Positions 50,691-62,790 of a DNA stretch of 64,000 bases are shown here, in pieces. This DNA comes from Eledone cirrhosa (lineage: Eukaryota), in contig OZ024752.1 of NCBI GenBank assembly GCA_964016885.1, forward strand, positions 26,040,001-26,104,000, read 5' to 3'. Numbering within the stretch: position 1 is the stretch's first letter; each line of letters begins with the position of its first letter. Below the pieces are notes generated by a model that saw only the letters and a list, made by a program, of their open reading frames with translations, was not told where the DNA came from and did no database searches. The position numbers and the translations under genes are program-made.

Positions 50691-51027
50691 GTAGGTAAAT
50701 TTGAAGAGGAGAGGGGTGCCCTTCCAGGGTTCTCTCGAAGCGTCGGGTCGTTCAGGACTGGTGGGGTACCTGAGCGAACGCTAGGTGGTCATCCCCCCTA
50801 TTGGGGAATGTTTTCTTGTTGTAATTTTCTTGTTACTTTATTGTTACTTTGTTATTGTTACTTTGTTTATTCATATTGTTCACTCGATTTTTCTGTAAAA
50901 CCCCACTGTCCCAGTCTTTTGTATTGTCCCCTATATGTCGGCCCTTGTGGACAATAAATGAAATCATTATTATTATTATTATTATTGTTACTATTATTAT
51001 TACTTTTTTTTTTCTTTTCCCAATTCA

Positions 51028-52095
51028 ATGATTTCCAAAACAATATAAAAGAGATAATTGGCAATAAAGGTTCTGGAACAAAAGAGATAATTGGCAATAA
51101 GAGCAGGGGCCCCAAGTTATCACAGCTTGGGCCCGCTCGTCATCGTGCCACTGTAATAGAGCCAAACAAGGCATTTAGTCTTGGCTGCTGGAACGTACGG
51201 AACGCTGCTTAACAGGGATTCCTTGGAACGTCCTGAACGAAGGACCGCCCTTGTTGCAAAAGAGCTTCGACGTTACGATCTTGACATCGTAGCTTTATCT
51301 GAGACGAGGTTAGCTGGAGATGGTCATCTTACAGAATTTTGTGGAGAATATACATTCTTCTGGAAAGGAAGAGATGAAGGAACCAGAAGAGAGGCTGGGG
51401 TAGAATTTGCTGTTAAGACTGTTTTTGTGAATAAATTAGAAGAATTCCAGCAGGGATTAGTGAGTATGTGTATGAAGACGCTAACATCTCTGCTGCTCGT
51501 AATAAATGGAGAAAGACTGTATATGAGGGAAAAGTTGCTTTAAGGCATCTCGAATCGCATACGAGAAAGTAAAGCGGGATGTGAGGAATGGTATTGCTGT
51601 TGCATTTCCAGACGGCGAAGGTCCTCCTATGGTGCTGACATGCAGCGTCTGTGCGAGACTCTGCCTAAGCGAAGCTGGACTCGAAAGTCATCTTCGAAGT
51701 CATAAAGTAAGACCAGTAGTTTACTACCAGGCTGCTGTTGGAGATGCTACTCATCATGCTTGCCAAGCATGTGGTAGAGAATGTAAATCAGCAGGAGGGC
51801 TCAAACAACATGCAAAAGTACACGAACTCCAACCACAGCCGGCTATTCCCAGTGAATGTTTTGGTTGCCAACTCTGTGCAAGACATTTTAGATCATTGGC
51901 TGGGCTAAAAAGCCACATTCGATCGCTGTTAATTGCTATCGTGTGTGTGTGTGTAGATATGCTTATCTGTGTGCGCGTGTGTGTATACGTCGTTATTATT
52001 ATTGTTGTTATTATTGTTATAGTTATTATTATGGTTTTCTTTTTCTCGTGCAATGGTCATACTCGGTAACGAGGAGGCAGCCATCATGTATGTAT
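51028..52095 (+). mobile_element. RTE (BovB-like) LINE with large internal deletion, three C-terminal C2H2 fingers and (TATG)n tail
   Basis: LGCWNVR...PERRTALVAKELRRYDLDIVALSETR...YTFFWKG (RTE APE N-terminus) joined to the C-terminus with three C2H2 motifs. 3' hairpin ctcg(gtaa)cgag...gcagccatc. Confidence 0.85.
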
Positions 52096-52441
52096 GTTCT
52101 TCTGGTTTTATAATTTCACAATTTTTTGCCAATAGAGAGAGTCGGTTTCTAACATAGTTACAAGACTCTCTCATTGGAATTTACACATCAACTAGGTAGA
52201 TATGTATGCATGTCTGCATGCATGCATGTGTGTGTAGGTATGGATGTTATTGTATGTGTGGATGTGGATGTTTTGAGCTGTATGTGTGCATGTGTATATG
52301 CTTTGTATCTGTACATGTGTATATGCATTTATTAGATGCAACATTTTTGGAATGTTTTACATATGTTTAATGGATTATACTTGTAATTTCCTAACTAGTT
52401 GTGTTATTTCTGTTCCTGTGAAGCCCAGCTTCTCAAGATTT
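52096..52441 (-). mobile_element. Short 3' copy of the adjacent R4-like element
   Basis: Tandem duplicate of 52452-52800. Confidence 0.85.
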
Positions 52442-54690
52442 ATGTATGTATGTTCTTCTGGTTTTATAATTTCACAAAGTTTTACCAATAGAGAGAGAGA
52501 GTCGGTTTCTCACATAGACACAAGACTCTCTCATTGGAATTTACACAACAGCAACTAGGTAGATATGTATGTATGCATGTGTAGATATGGATGTTATTGT
52601 ATGTGTGGATGTGTATGTTTTGAGTTTTATGTGTGCATGTGTATATGCTTTGCATCTGTACATGTGTATATGCAGTTATTAGATGCAAAATCTTTGGAAT
52701 GTTTTACATATTTTTACTGTTCCATTAATGGATTGTACTTGTAATTTCCTAACTAGTTGTGTTCTTCATGTTCCTGTGAAGCCTAGCTTCTCAAGATTTG
52801 TATTGAGGCAGTTACTAACGTATCCCAGTGCCCCAATAATCACAGGCATAAATCTGAAAGTGTAATCAGGATGGAGTATCTGCAGATTTCTCATCAATTC
52901 TGCATAAATATTCTCCTTTTCGCTAATCTTTGATATTATATTGGCATCTGCTGGGCAGCTAATTTCCACTACTGTGCATGCTTTCTTCTCCCTGTCCCAT
53001 ATCATAATATCTGGTCTGTTATGCTTGCATTTTATTGGGGTTTTTACTGGAACATTCCACCAGTACTCTTTCATATTATGTACATGGATGTCTTCCACAT
53101 TTCTGTAGCTTTTAATGTGTTTATTATCGGGGTTATCTTTTCTACGGATTGCATTGTACAGTGTTTTGGCCACTACATCATGCCTCATAGGTAGATAGTA
53201 CCGCGATGACATCTTTGGACAGCTGCTGATGACATGGGTGATATCCTCGATGTTAGTTCTGCAGAGTCTGCACTTGTTATCACATCTAGGTGTTTTGCCT
53301 GCATCCCTATCTCTTTTGTGAATCAGGTATTTCGTGTTAATCTCCTGTTCCTGGATTGAAAAAGCGTATCCTTCAAAGTGGGAGCCAATATAGCGGTTGT
53401 TGGTCCAAGATAGAGTACTTTCCTTATCTATATTACTCTCATTCTGGAGCTTCCTGGCAACATATCCATGCATGATTTTTTGCTGATAGGCATGCAGTTT
53501 TTCATCCATGGATTCACTGCGATACTGCTGAGCGACTTCCCTGGGTGTGAGTTTTTGATTATCACACAGGGAATATCTCTCGAAGAGTTCCTTCCCAACT
53601 CTCATGATCTTATCTGTTTCATGCAGATAGACTTGCTCGAGAAACGGGCTCCTATGCTTCGAGGTTCGTAGATGTTGTCGGAGAGATATGATGCGACATT
53701 CAAATGTTGTCTGGACTGATGTTAGGCCTCTGCCCAAGCTTACGTTTCAAGTAAAGGCGTTCTATGTCACTGTTGATGTGGAAGTTTCCGGTGTTGTTTA
53801 GTACTTTTCGAGTTCCAACATCAACTGCTCGGATTTCGTCTATCATCCAATTGGGTATTCCAAACGTTGGTGTTAGGACAGGCACAGCAAACACATTGTG
53901 AGCCACTGTTTTGTTTTGCGCAGAGAGTTCCGATGACCAGTTCTTCCTTAATCGGGTGTAGTATTCCCTGGTTACGCGGTCTTTATTACAGATACCATTA
54001 TAGGATATGTTCTCATCTATCCCCAGGTATCTGTAGCAGTCCTCATCAGATATCAGTGAAACAGTTAGGCCATTGATGACAATGTTGCTAGATTGGGTTG
54101 TTGTTTTTCCCCGCTTTACAGCCATGTATGAGCATTTATCTTGGCCAAACTCCATTCCTATATCCTTTGAGAACGTTGTAACCGGGTCAAGATTTTTCTT
54201 CATCCCATCCATGTTCTTGGCATAGAGTTTCAGATCATCCACAAAGAAATTATGGGTTAAGTTCGTATTCCTGTCCTACTGTGAGCCAATGATGTATCCC
54301 TCATATTTCTTGAGCAGAAAGGACAAGGGGTTTAATGACAAGATGAATAATATCACAGAGAGACTGTCCCCCTGAAATATACCCCTGCAATATTTTATTT
54401 TATCAGTGAAAATAGAGTCCTCCCTCTCTATCTTTAACCTTAGGATAGTAGCCCAAGAAGAAGACAGCCTCTCTATGGCTCTGACAATAATGTCTGGGAC
54501 TTTAGCAAGTTGGAGGGCCTCTATCATCCAAGAGTGGAGAACAGAATCGAATGCTTTCCTGTAGTCCAGCCAGACTGTAGCCATATTCCTCCTAAGTTGT
54601 CGCACCTCCGACATCGCAGTTTTATTGATTAGGAGTTGTTCAACACATCCCCAAACCCCTTTCTTTCCAGCTGTTTGTTCATCTGTGATG
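52442..54690 (-). mobile_element. 5'-truncated R4-clade (RT plus restriction-like endonuclease) LINE with (CATA)n tail
   Basis: WLDYRKAFDSV, GIFQGDSLS, FVDDLKLY, YRYLG, CRLC..IEDITHVISSC, RHD, NRPDI...VEISCP...EKENIY; has frameshifts and stops. Confidence 0.9.
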
Positions 54691-54706
54691 ATGTATGTAT
54701 GTATGT

Positions 54707-54927
54707 AGGCATTGCTTTATATCTGGAGATCTCTCTGCACTTGTCGTCACATGGTACCAAGGGCCCAGCACTATGTGTCAATAATTGTCACAAGTGTAGT
54801 GTTTGTACCAGAGTTTTCAAGTCGCTGGCTGGACTAAAAAGTCACACTCGTTCAGCGCATCGGTAGGGGTTCTCCTACATGGATATAAAGTAGTGGCCGT
54901 ACTCGAAAACGAGTTGGCAGCCACCAT
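54707..54927 (+). mobile_element. RTE 3' fragment (C2H2 finger plus tail), followed by (TATG)n
   Basis: [22 protein letters not shown], hairpin actcg(aaaa)cgagt, gcagccacc(atgt)n. Confidence 0.8.
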
Positions 54928-55945
54928 GTATGTATGTATGTATGTATGTATGTATGTATGTATGTATGTATGTATGTATGTATGAGTATGTATGTATGTA
55001 TGTATATAAGTTTAGTGTGAGTAATATGTTAGTGGATATATGTGGTGGTGTTGTAGAGAGATCTGATGTCTGCGTGAATGTGTGTAAATCATGGCACTCT
55101 ATGCCTTGTGTTGAAGTGTAGTGTATATGCAATCTGAGTGTGTAAGGGTAACGTGTGTTGTGTAGGCCGTGTGATATACTTACTGTGTTAGTATTTATGA
55201 GTCTCAGTGTATGTTGCATGTATGTATGTGCGTGTGTGTGTGTGTGTATGAATATGTGTTTCTGAGTCTGTGTGGATGCTGTGTTGTGAGACTGTATACG
55301 TGTGTTCACGCACGTCGGTGTGTTAGTGTGTATGTATGTATGTATGAAAGGGTATTTGGTTGTGTTTACATGTACATGTGAAAGTTGGTCGTTATGGGTA
55401 TGTGTGTATATGTGTGCATATGTACTAGTATATTATATATATATATATATATACGTGTCTGGGCGTGTGCGCATGTATATAAGTTCATGTGTAAATATGT
55501 GTACTTATACATATTATATATATATATATACGTGTGTGTGCGTGCATGTAAGCATATGTGTATATATGTGTACATATATTATATTATATGTGTGTGCGTG
55601 CGTGTCGACGTGTGTGAGTGAGTGTGTGTGTATGATAGTATGTGTATGAATGGGTGTCAGTGCGTAACTTTGAGCATAAGTATATGTATAAGTGTGCGTA
55701 TATGTGTGTATGTGTGTATATGTGTATGCATGTGTACATGAAACTGTGTCTTTATGTAAGTATGTGTTTGATGCTAGAGATAAGAAGGAAAACTACAAAG
55801 GGAAATATTTATTAAAATAGATAAAGGAAATATAATACAACGTAAAATAAAATGTACATAATATATACATATATTCTAAATAATGTAAAATATAATTATA
55901 TGCATAAAAAAATTTATATATATATATATATATATAAATATATAT

Positions 55946-56013
<68 letters not shown>

Positions 56014-56015
<2 letters not shown>

Positions 56016-56238
56016 GGTGGCTGCCAACTCGTTTTCGAGTACGGCCACTACTTTATAACCATGTAGGAGAACCCCTACCGATACGCTGAACGAGTGTGAC
56101 TTTTTAGTCCAGCCAGCAACTTGAAAACTCTGGTACAAACACTACACTTGTGACAATTATTGACACATAGTGCTGGGCCCATGGTACCATGTAATGACAA
56201 GTGCAGAGAGATCTCCAGATACAAAGCAATGCCTGTGC
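56014..56238 (-). mobile_element. Inverted copy of the RTE 3' fragment at 54707-54927
   Basis: Near-identical reverse complement. Confidence 0.85.
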
Positions 56239-56268
56239 ATACATATATATATATATATATATATATAA

Positions 56269-56343
<75 letters not shown>

Positions 56344-56366
56344 CATATATATATATATATATATAA

Positions 56367-56444
<78 letters not shown>

Positions 56445-56450
56445 GTACAT

Positions 56451-56513
<63 letters not shown>

Positions 56514-56602
56514 TATTAATATATATAGTATATTATATATATATCGTATACTATATATATATATTGTATATTAAATATATATATTGTATATATAAATATT
56601 AT

Positions 56603-56633
<31 letters not shown>

Positions 56634-57057
56634 CATACTGTATATATATTAAACACATACATATGTGTATTGATATATATATATTCTAATATATTCATAT
56701 ATATATATTAACCATATATATGTGTGTATGTGCGTATGTGTGTGTATGTGCGTATGTGTGTGTTTGTGCGTATGTGTGTGTTTGTGCGTATCAGAAGTGG
56801 GTATGGGAGGTTAGACGTTTCCCTTAAAGATAAAAGAGGTGTTTGGAATATAAATAATAGATAAGTATAGGATTAATAACACGCACAAACACACACGCAC
56901 AGTCACACCTGCATACACACACTTACACCCACAACTGCATACACACACACTCACAACCTAACACTCGTAGGAGATATATATGTACACACACATATATATA
57001 TATATAAATGTATGTTTACATGCACACACACACTCACACACACACACACACACACAG

Positions 57058-57116
<59 letters not shown>

Positions 57117-57554
57117 TATATTTAAGGGTGGTTTTCTGAAGGGGGTCGGAAAACTAGTTAAATAAAATACTTAATACAATAGTAAGGAAGAAGTTATATA
57201 TTTTCTATATATGTATATAAATCAAAATGAAGAGACGGTTCTATATCTATTGTCTTACATCACACCTATTATGTACATTTCAAAGGCATTAAAATGTCGT
57301 TATGTAACTGTTATTTAAAGGGTTTTCGTCAAACTAATGCTGAAAATGTAAGCAATATATATATATATATATTTGGGGGGGGGGTGCTATTTAAATGCCT
57401 GCTATTGAAGAGATGCTAAATTAGGAGGAGAAAGGAGGTGGGAGCTACGGCGTCAAACTAGGTTGCTTTACTAATGGTGTGTTTCGTTTTGGTCAGTCTG
57501 CCATTGTCCTTAAACTGGATATAAGACAATTTTATTTTCCATTATATACAAGAG

Positions 57555-57695
57555 GGTTGAGTTCAAATCCCGCCGTGGTAAACTTTGCCTTTCATCCTTA
57601 TGGGGTCGATAAAATAAAGTACCAGTCATGCAGTGGGGTCGATTTAATCGGCTTTCCCCTCCCCAAAATTACTGGCTTTGTGCCTATATAAGAAA
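57555..57695 (+). mobile_element. Partial Nin/Deu SINE
   Basis: B-box, core and tail present. Confidence 0.8.
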
Positions 57696-57789
57696 CCCTT
57701 ATATACAAGAAAGTAAAATATTTAGGAAAAAATTGGGACAATATGTCACAATTAATAACAATTACAACACCCAGGAAACCTCCCAACAA

Positions 57790-57965
57790 ATGTGTCCGAA
57801 CACGGAAGAGCCGAACTCCCACCGTCATCGCCTCCATCTATCTCGCCCTCCCCATCTCTCTGTATTATGAGCAAATGGGGTCCCACGTGCTGGCCGCCCC
57901 ACAGTCCCGGCGGACAGAATGGAGAAGGCGTTTCCCTGGAGGATGGCTAGGGAGATGCGCAGGAA
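57790..57965 (-). mobile_element. CRE-like 3' fragment
   Basis: LFLRISLAILQGNAFSILSAG. Confidence 0.6.
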
Positions 57966-58012
57966 GAGACACTTATTAGTATACAGTATGTTATTCTCAG
58001 CAGCCAACATGT

Positions 58013-58887
58013 CAGTATCAGTAGAGCATCGGACATTGTGCTTTGCATCATGGAGTCGCGGCCCTTTACGTTCTCAGTTTAAATCCCGCCGAGATTAGTT
58101 TTGCCTTTCATCCTTTCGGGGTCTATAAAATTAAGTACCAGTAACGCACTGAGGCTCATTTAATCGACTCCCCACTCCCCCACAAAACAAACTGCTGATC
58201 TTGTGCTTAAATTAGAAACCATTATTATTATCCTTATAGGGCGGTAATTGGCAGTATCGGTAAAGGGTCGGACGCCATGCTTTGCAGCATAGTTACGTCC
58301 CTTTACGGTCTGAGTTCAAATCCCGTCGAGGTTAACTTTGCCTTTCATCCTTATCGGGTCGATAAAATAAAGTACCAGTAATGAACTGGGTAATAACTGG
58401 CCTTGTGCCAAAAGTAGAAACAATTATTATTATCCTTACAATCACCAATAATGTGGTTTCTGATTTAGGCACGGGGCCGGAAACGGCAATTAAATCAACC
58501 CCAATGACTTTCTGGTACTTTACTTTCTGGTACTTTACTTCGTAATGATGAAAGGCAAAGCTAAGCTCGGCGGGATTTGAACTGAATACGTAAAGAGCCG
58601 TAACTATGCCGCGAAGCATGGGGTTCGATGCTCTACCGATTCTGCGATTCCACCGCCCTCTTACTTACTCTCACCAACAATAATAGTCACAAGGCCAGCA
58701 ATTTTGGGGGAGGGGAAAGTCAATTAAATCGACTCCAGTACGTTACAGGTACTTTATTTTATCGACGGCGCAAGATTGAAATGCAAAGTTAACTTCGGCG
58801 GGATTTGAACTCAAACTATAAAGGGGTGTAACTCTATGCTGCAAAGCATGGCGTCCGACCCTCTACCGATACTGCTAATCCACCGCC
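58013..58887. mobile_element. Four Nin/Deu SINEs: two + followed by two -
   Basis: 58013-58230 and 58238-58430 (+); ~58450-58660 and 58687-58887 (-). Confidence 0.85.
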
Positions 58888-59267
58888 TAATAACCACTAT
58901 AATCATGCTAGTGGTAATGATAATGTTGGTAAGCAATTGTTGTAAGGAATATGTTTGACAGTTTCTCAAAATATAACTCATTCTCCAGTTTCTTTTTCTA
59001 ACAATTTGTCAATGAAATTTTTCTTTGACGAGTTTTATTCTTAAATATATTTTTTTTTAATTTTTATTTTTAATTCTTAAAAGAAAATAACATCAAAGGA
59101 AATTTACAGTCACCTCCATCCCTTTGCCCTTCCGAACACCGACATTTCTTCATTTCCCCTTTTTTTTTAATCAATTCCAATAGCTCCCCAACGCAATAAC
59201 CCACCCGCCCATATTACCACCTCGTCATTTCACATAACAATCACACGCGGTTACCTTGAGTCAACAC

Positions 59268-59751
59268 TCCATCACCACCACCACCATTTCCACTACCATT
59301 ACCACTACCACCACCACCATCTTCATTATCATTATCACCACCACTATCACCAACCACCATTACCACCACCACCACCATCACCACCACTATCGCCACCATT
59401 ACCACCACTACCATCACCACCACTATCGCCACCATTACCACCACCACTACCATCACCACCACTATCGCCACCATTACCACCACTACCATCACCACCACTA
59501 TCGCCACCATTACCACCACTACCATCACCACCACTATCACCACCATTACCACCACCACTACCACTACTACCATCACTACAACCACCATTATCACTACAAC
59601 CACTACCATCACCACCATCACCATCACCGTTATCACTACAACCACCACCACCATCAGCACCACCATCAACGTCTTCCAAATCCTCCACCACCACTACCAC
59701 GACCTCTACCACTACTACTACCACCACTACTACTACTACCACTACTACCAG

Positions 59752-59787
<36 letters not shown>

Positions 59788-59950
59788 CACTGCCACTACT
59801 AACACTACTACTACTACTACTACCACCATTACTACAACCACTACTACTACTACCACTACTACTACTACCACTACTACTACCACTACCACCACCACAACCA
59901 CCACTACTACTACCACTACTACGACTACCACTACTACTACTACTACCACC

Positions 59951-59985
<35 letters not shown>

Positions 59986-59999
59986 CACCACTACCACTA

Positions 60000-60031
<32 letters not shown>

Positions 60032-60037
60032 GCCAAC

Positions 60038-60078
<41 letters not shown>

Positions 60079-60109
60079 TACCACCACCACTACTACTACT
60101 ACTACCACC

Positions 60110-60168
<59 letters not shown>

Positions 60169-60243
60169 CACTACTAATACTACCACTACTACTACTACTA
60201 CTATTACCACCACCACCACTACAACTACTACTGTTACTACTAC
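59268..60243. repeat. (ACC)n/(ACT)n compound microsatellite
   Basis: Directly visible. Confidence 0.97.
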
Positions 60244-60302
60244 TTAAACAAAACGTACAATGTTTGAATTAAGCTTTTGTAAAGCTTTTGATGAGGTGTT
60301 TC

Positions 60303-61505
60303 ATGGTGGTGGGGGTGGTGGTGGATATGGTGGTGATGGTGGTGGTGGTGTTGGTGGTGGTGGTGGTGGTGTTGGTAGTAGTGGTGGTGGTGGTGGTGGT
60401 GTTGGTGGTGGTGTTGGTTTTGGTGGTGGTGTTGGTGTTGGTGTTGGTGATAGTGGTGGTGTTGGTGTTGGTGCTGGAGGTGGTGGTGGATATGGTGGTG
60501 ATGGTGGTGGTGGTGTTGGTGGTGGTGGTGGTGGTGGTGGTGTTGGTAGTAGTGGTGGTGGTGGTGGTGGTGGTGTTGGTGGTGGTGTTGGTTTTGGTGG
60601 TGGTGTTGGTGTTGGTGATAGTGGTGGTGTTGGTGTTGGTGCTGGAGGTGGTGGTGGATATGGTGGTGATGGTGGTGGTGGTGTTGGTGGTGGTGGTGGT
60701 GGTGGTGGTGGTGGTGTTGGTAGTAGTGGTGGTGGTGGTGGTGGTGGTGTTGGTGGTGGTGGTGGTGGTGGTGGTGGTGGTGGTGGTGGTGGTGGTGGTG
60801 GTGGTTTTGGTCGTGGTGTTGGTGGTGGTGTTGGTGTTGGTGGTGGTGTTGGTGGTGGTGGTGGTGGTGGTGGTGGTGGTGGTGGTGGTGTTGGTGCTGG
60901 TGTTGGTGTTGGTGTTGTTGGTGGTGGTGGTGGGGGTGGGAGAGTGATGGTGTTGGTGGTGGTGGTGTTGGTGTTGGTGGTGGTGTTGATGGTGGTGGTG
61001 GTGGTGTTGGTGCTGGTGGTGATGTGTGTGTGGGGGGGATAGTGGTGGTGTTGGTGTTGGTGTTGGTGTTTGTATTGGTGGTGGTGTTGGTGTTGGTGAT
61101 AGTGGTGGTGTTGGTGTTGGTGTTGGTGATGGTGGCGGTGTTGGTGATGGTGGCGGTGTTGGTGGTGTTGGGGGTGGGGGTGATGGTGATGATGTTGGTG
61201 TTAGTGTTGGTGTTTTGTGCTGGTGATGATGTTGGTGATGGTGTTGGTGATGATGGTGGTGTTGGTGCTGGTGATGGTGATGGTGTTGTTGGTGATGGTG
61301 CCGGTGCTGGTGGTGGTGGTGGTGGTGGTGTTGGTGGTGGTGTTGGTGTTGGTGGTCGTGATGGTGGTGGTGGTGGTGGTCGTGATGGTGGTGGTGGTGG
61401 TGGTGGTGGTGTTGGTGGTGGTGGTGGTGTTGGTGGTGGTGTTGGTGGTCGTGATGGTGGTGGTGGTGGTGGTGGATCTGGTGTTGGTGTTGGTGAGGGT
61501 GATGG
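60303..61505. repeat. (GGT)n/(GTT)n compound microsatellite with ~170-bp higher-order repeat
   Basis: ggtggatatggtggtgat recurs at ~60320, ~60485 and ~60653. Confidence 0.95.
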
Positions 61506-61995
61506 TTTACAGGAGAGCGAAATTTGTTGTGGAGGGTGAATGTGGGTATTTATATGTGTGTGTATGTACGTGTGTTTGCGTGCATGTGTGTGTGTGTGAA
61601 CGCGCGCGCGCGTGTGTGTGTGTATGAGCGCGTGTGTATGTGTGTGTATGAGCGTGTATGTGTGTATGTGTTTCTGTGTGTGTGTATGAGCGTGTGTGTA
61701 TGTGTGTGTATGAGCGTGTGTGTGTGTTACATCATAATTTCCAAAGTGGGTGTTATGAGGTGAATGGAGAAAGACATACGAGTAGTAATGGGCTGTAGTT
61801 GGTGGATTATTTCAACTGTTGTTACAGGTTGGTAAATCGCTAGGTTTGTAGGTTAAGTAGCCATGTTGGTAGGTTAGTAGACAAGTTTATAGCAAGGTGG
61901 GTTGTTTGGTAATGTGACTGGTTAACAGGTAGGTAAGTAGATTGGTAAATTAGTAAGTTGATAGTCAAATTGGTAGGTTGATTGGTTTGCACATA

Positions 61996-62161
61996 CCGTA
62001 TTTCCCGGCGTCGAAGACTACATTTTTCCTAAAATAAGTCTCAAAAGTCTACCATGCGTCCTGGAGGCCGAAGGTTGTTTATTATTTTTTTTCAAATTTT
62101 TGGTTGTCAAAATTAGGGTGCGTCCCCGAGGACGAAGCGTCGTCGGCGCCGGGAAATACGG
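61996..62161. mobile_element. Tc1/mariner-superfamily (Tc2/pogo-like) MITE
   Basis: 15-bp perfect TIR ccgtatttcccggcg / cgccgggaaatacgg with TA duplication on both sides. Confidence 0.88.
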
Positions 62162-62244
62162 TAGGTAAATATAGGTAAAATAAAATTTACACTCTGCCTA
62201 CACGTATTGAGTGCTTTATCTGACAATGTTTGAATGATTTACAT

Positions 62245-62790
62245 ATCAAATAGGTAGATGGTAGGTTTGTAGGAAAATAGCTTAAGTGATGAGTTTGTAG
62301 GTAAATAGGTTAAGTGGTAGGTTTCTTGGTAAATAGGTTAATTGGTGGGTTTGTTGGTAAATAGGCAGATTGGTAGGTTTGTAGGTAAATAGGTTGATTG
62401 GTAGGTTTGTAGGTAAATAGGTTAATTGGTGGGTTTGTAGGTAAATAGGTTAATTGGTAGGTTTGTAGGTAAATAGGTGGTTAATTGGTGAGTTTGTAGG
62501 CAAATAGGTTAATTGGTAGGTTTGTAGGTAAATAGGTTAATTGGTAGGTTTGTAGCTAAATAGGTAGATTGGTTAGTTTTTTGGTAAATAGCTTGATTGG
62601 TAGTTTTGTAGGTAAATAGGTTAATTGGTAGGTTTGTTGGTAAATAGGTTAATTGGTGAGTTTGTTGGTAAATAGGTTAATTGGTAGTTTTGTAGGTAAA
62701 TAGGTAGATTGGTAGGTTTGTAGGTAAATAGGTTAATTGGTGGGTTTGTTGCTAAATAGCTAGATTGGTAGTCAGATAGATAGGTTGATA
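62245..62790. repeat. 28-bp tandem satellite
   Basis: Unit ttggtaggtttgtaggtaaataggttaa, about 19 copies. Confidence 0.93.

Larger units (their letters stand above)
45427..50965 (+). mobile_element. Tx1-clade LINE family A, 5'-truncated, degraded, (ATT)n tail
   Basis: Highly similar to 605-5120. ORF1 pieces 45475-46975, ORF2 pieces 47272-50690 with stops and frameshifts; tail aataaatgaaatc(att)n. Confidence 0.93.

Noticed and set aside
59256-61627. Long His-, Leu-, Val- or Gly-rich ORFs
   Set aside because: Translations of trinucleotide microsatellites, open in several frames on both strands, with no signal peptide or splice support.
62245-62790. G/T-rich repeat as telomeric sequence
   Set aside because: The unit is 28 bp and not TTAGGG-like.
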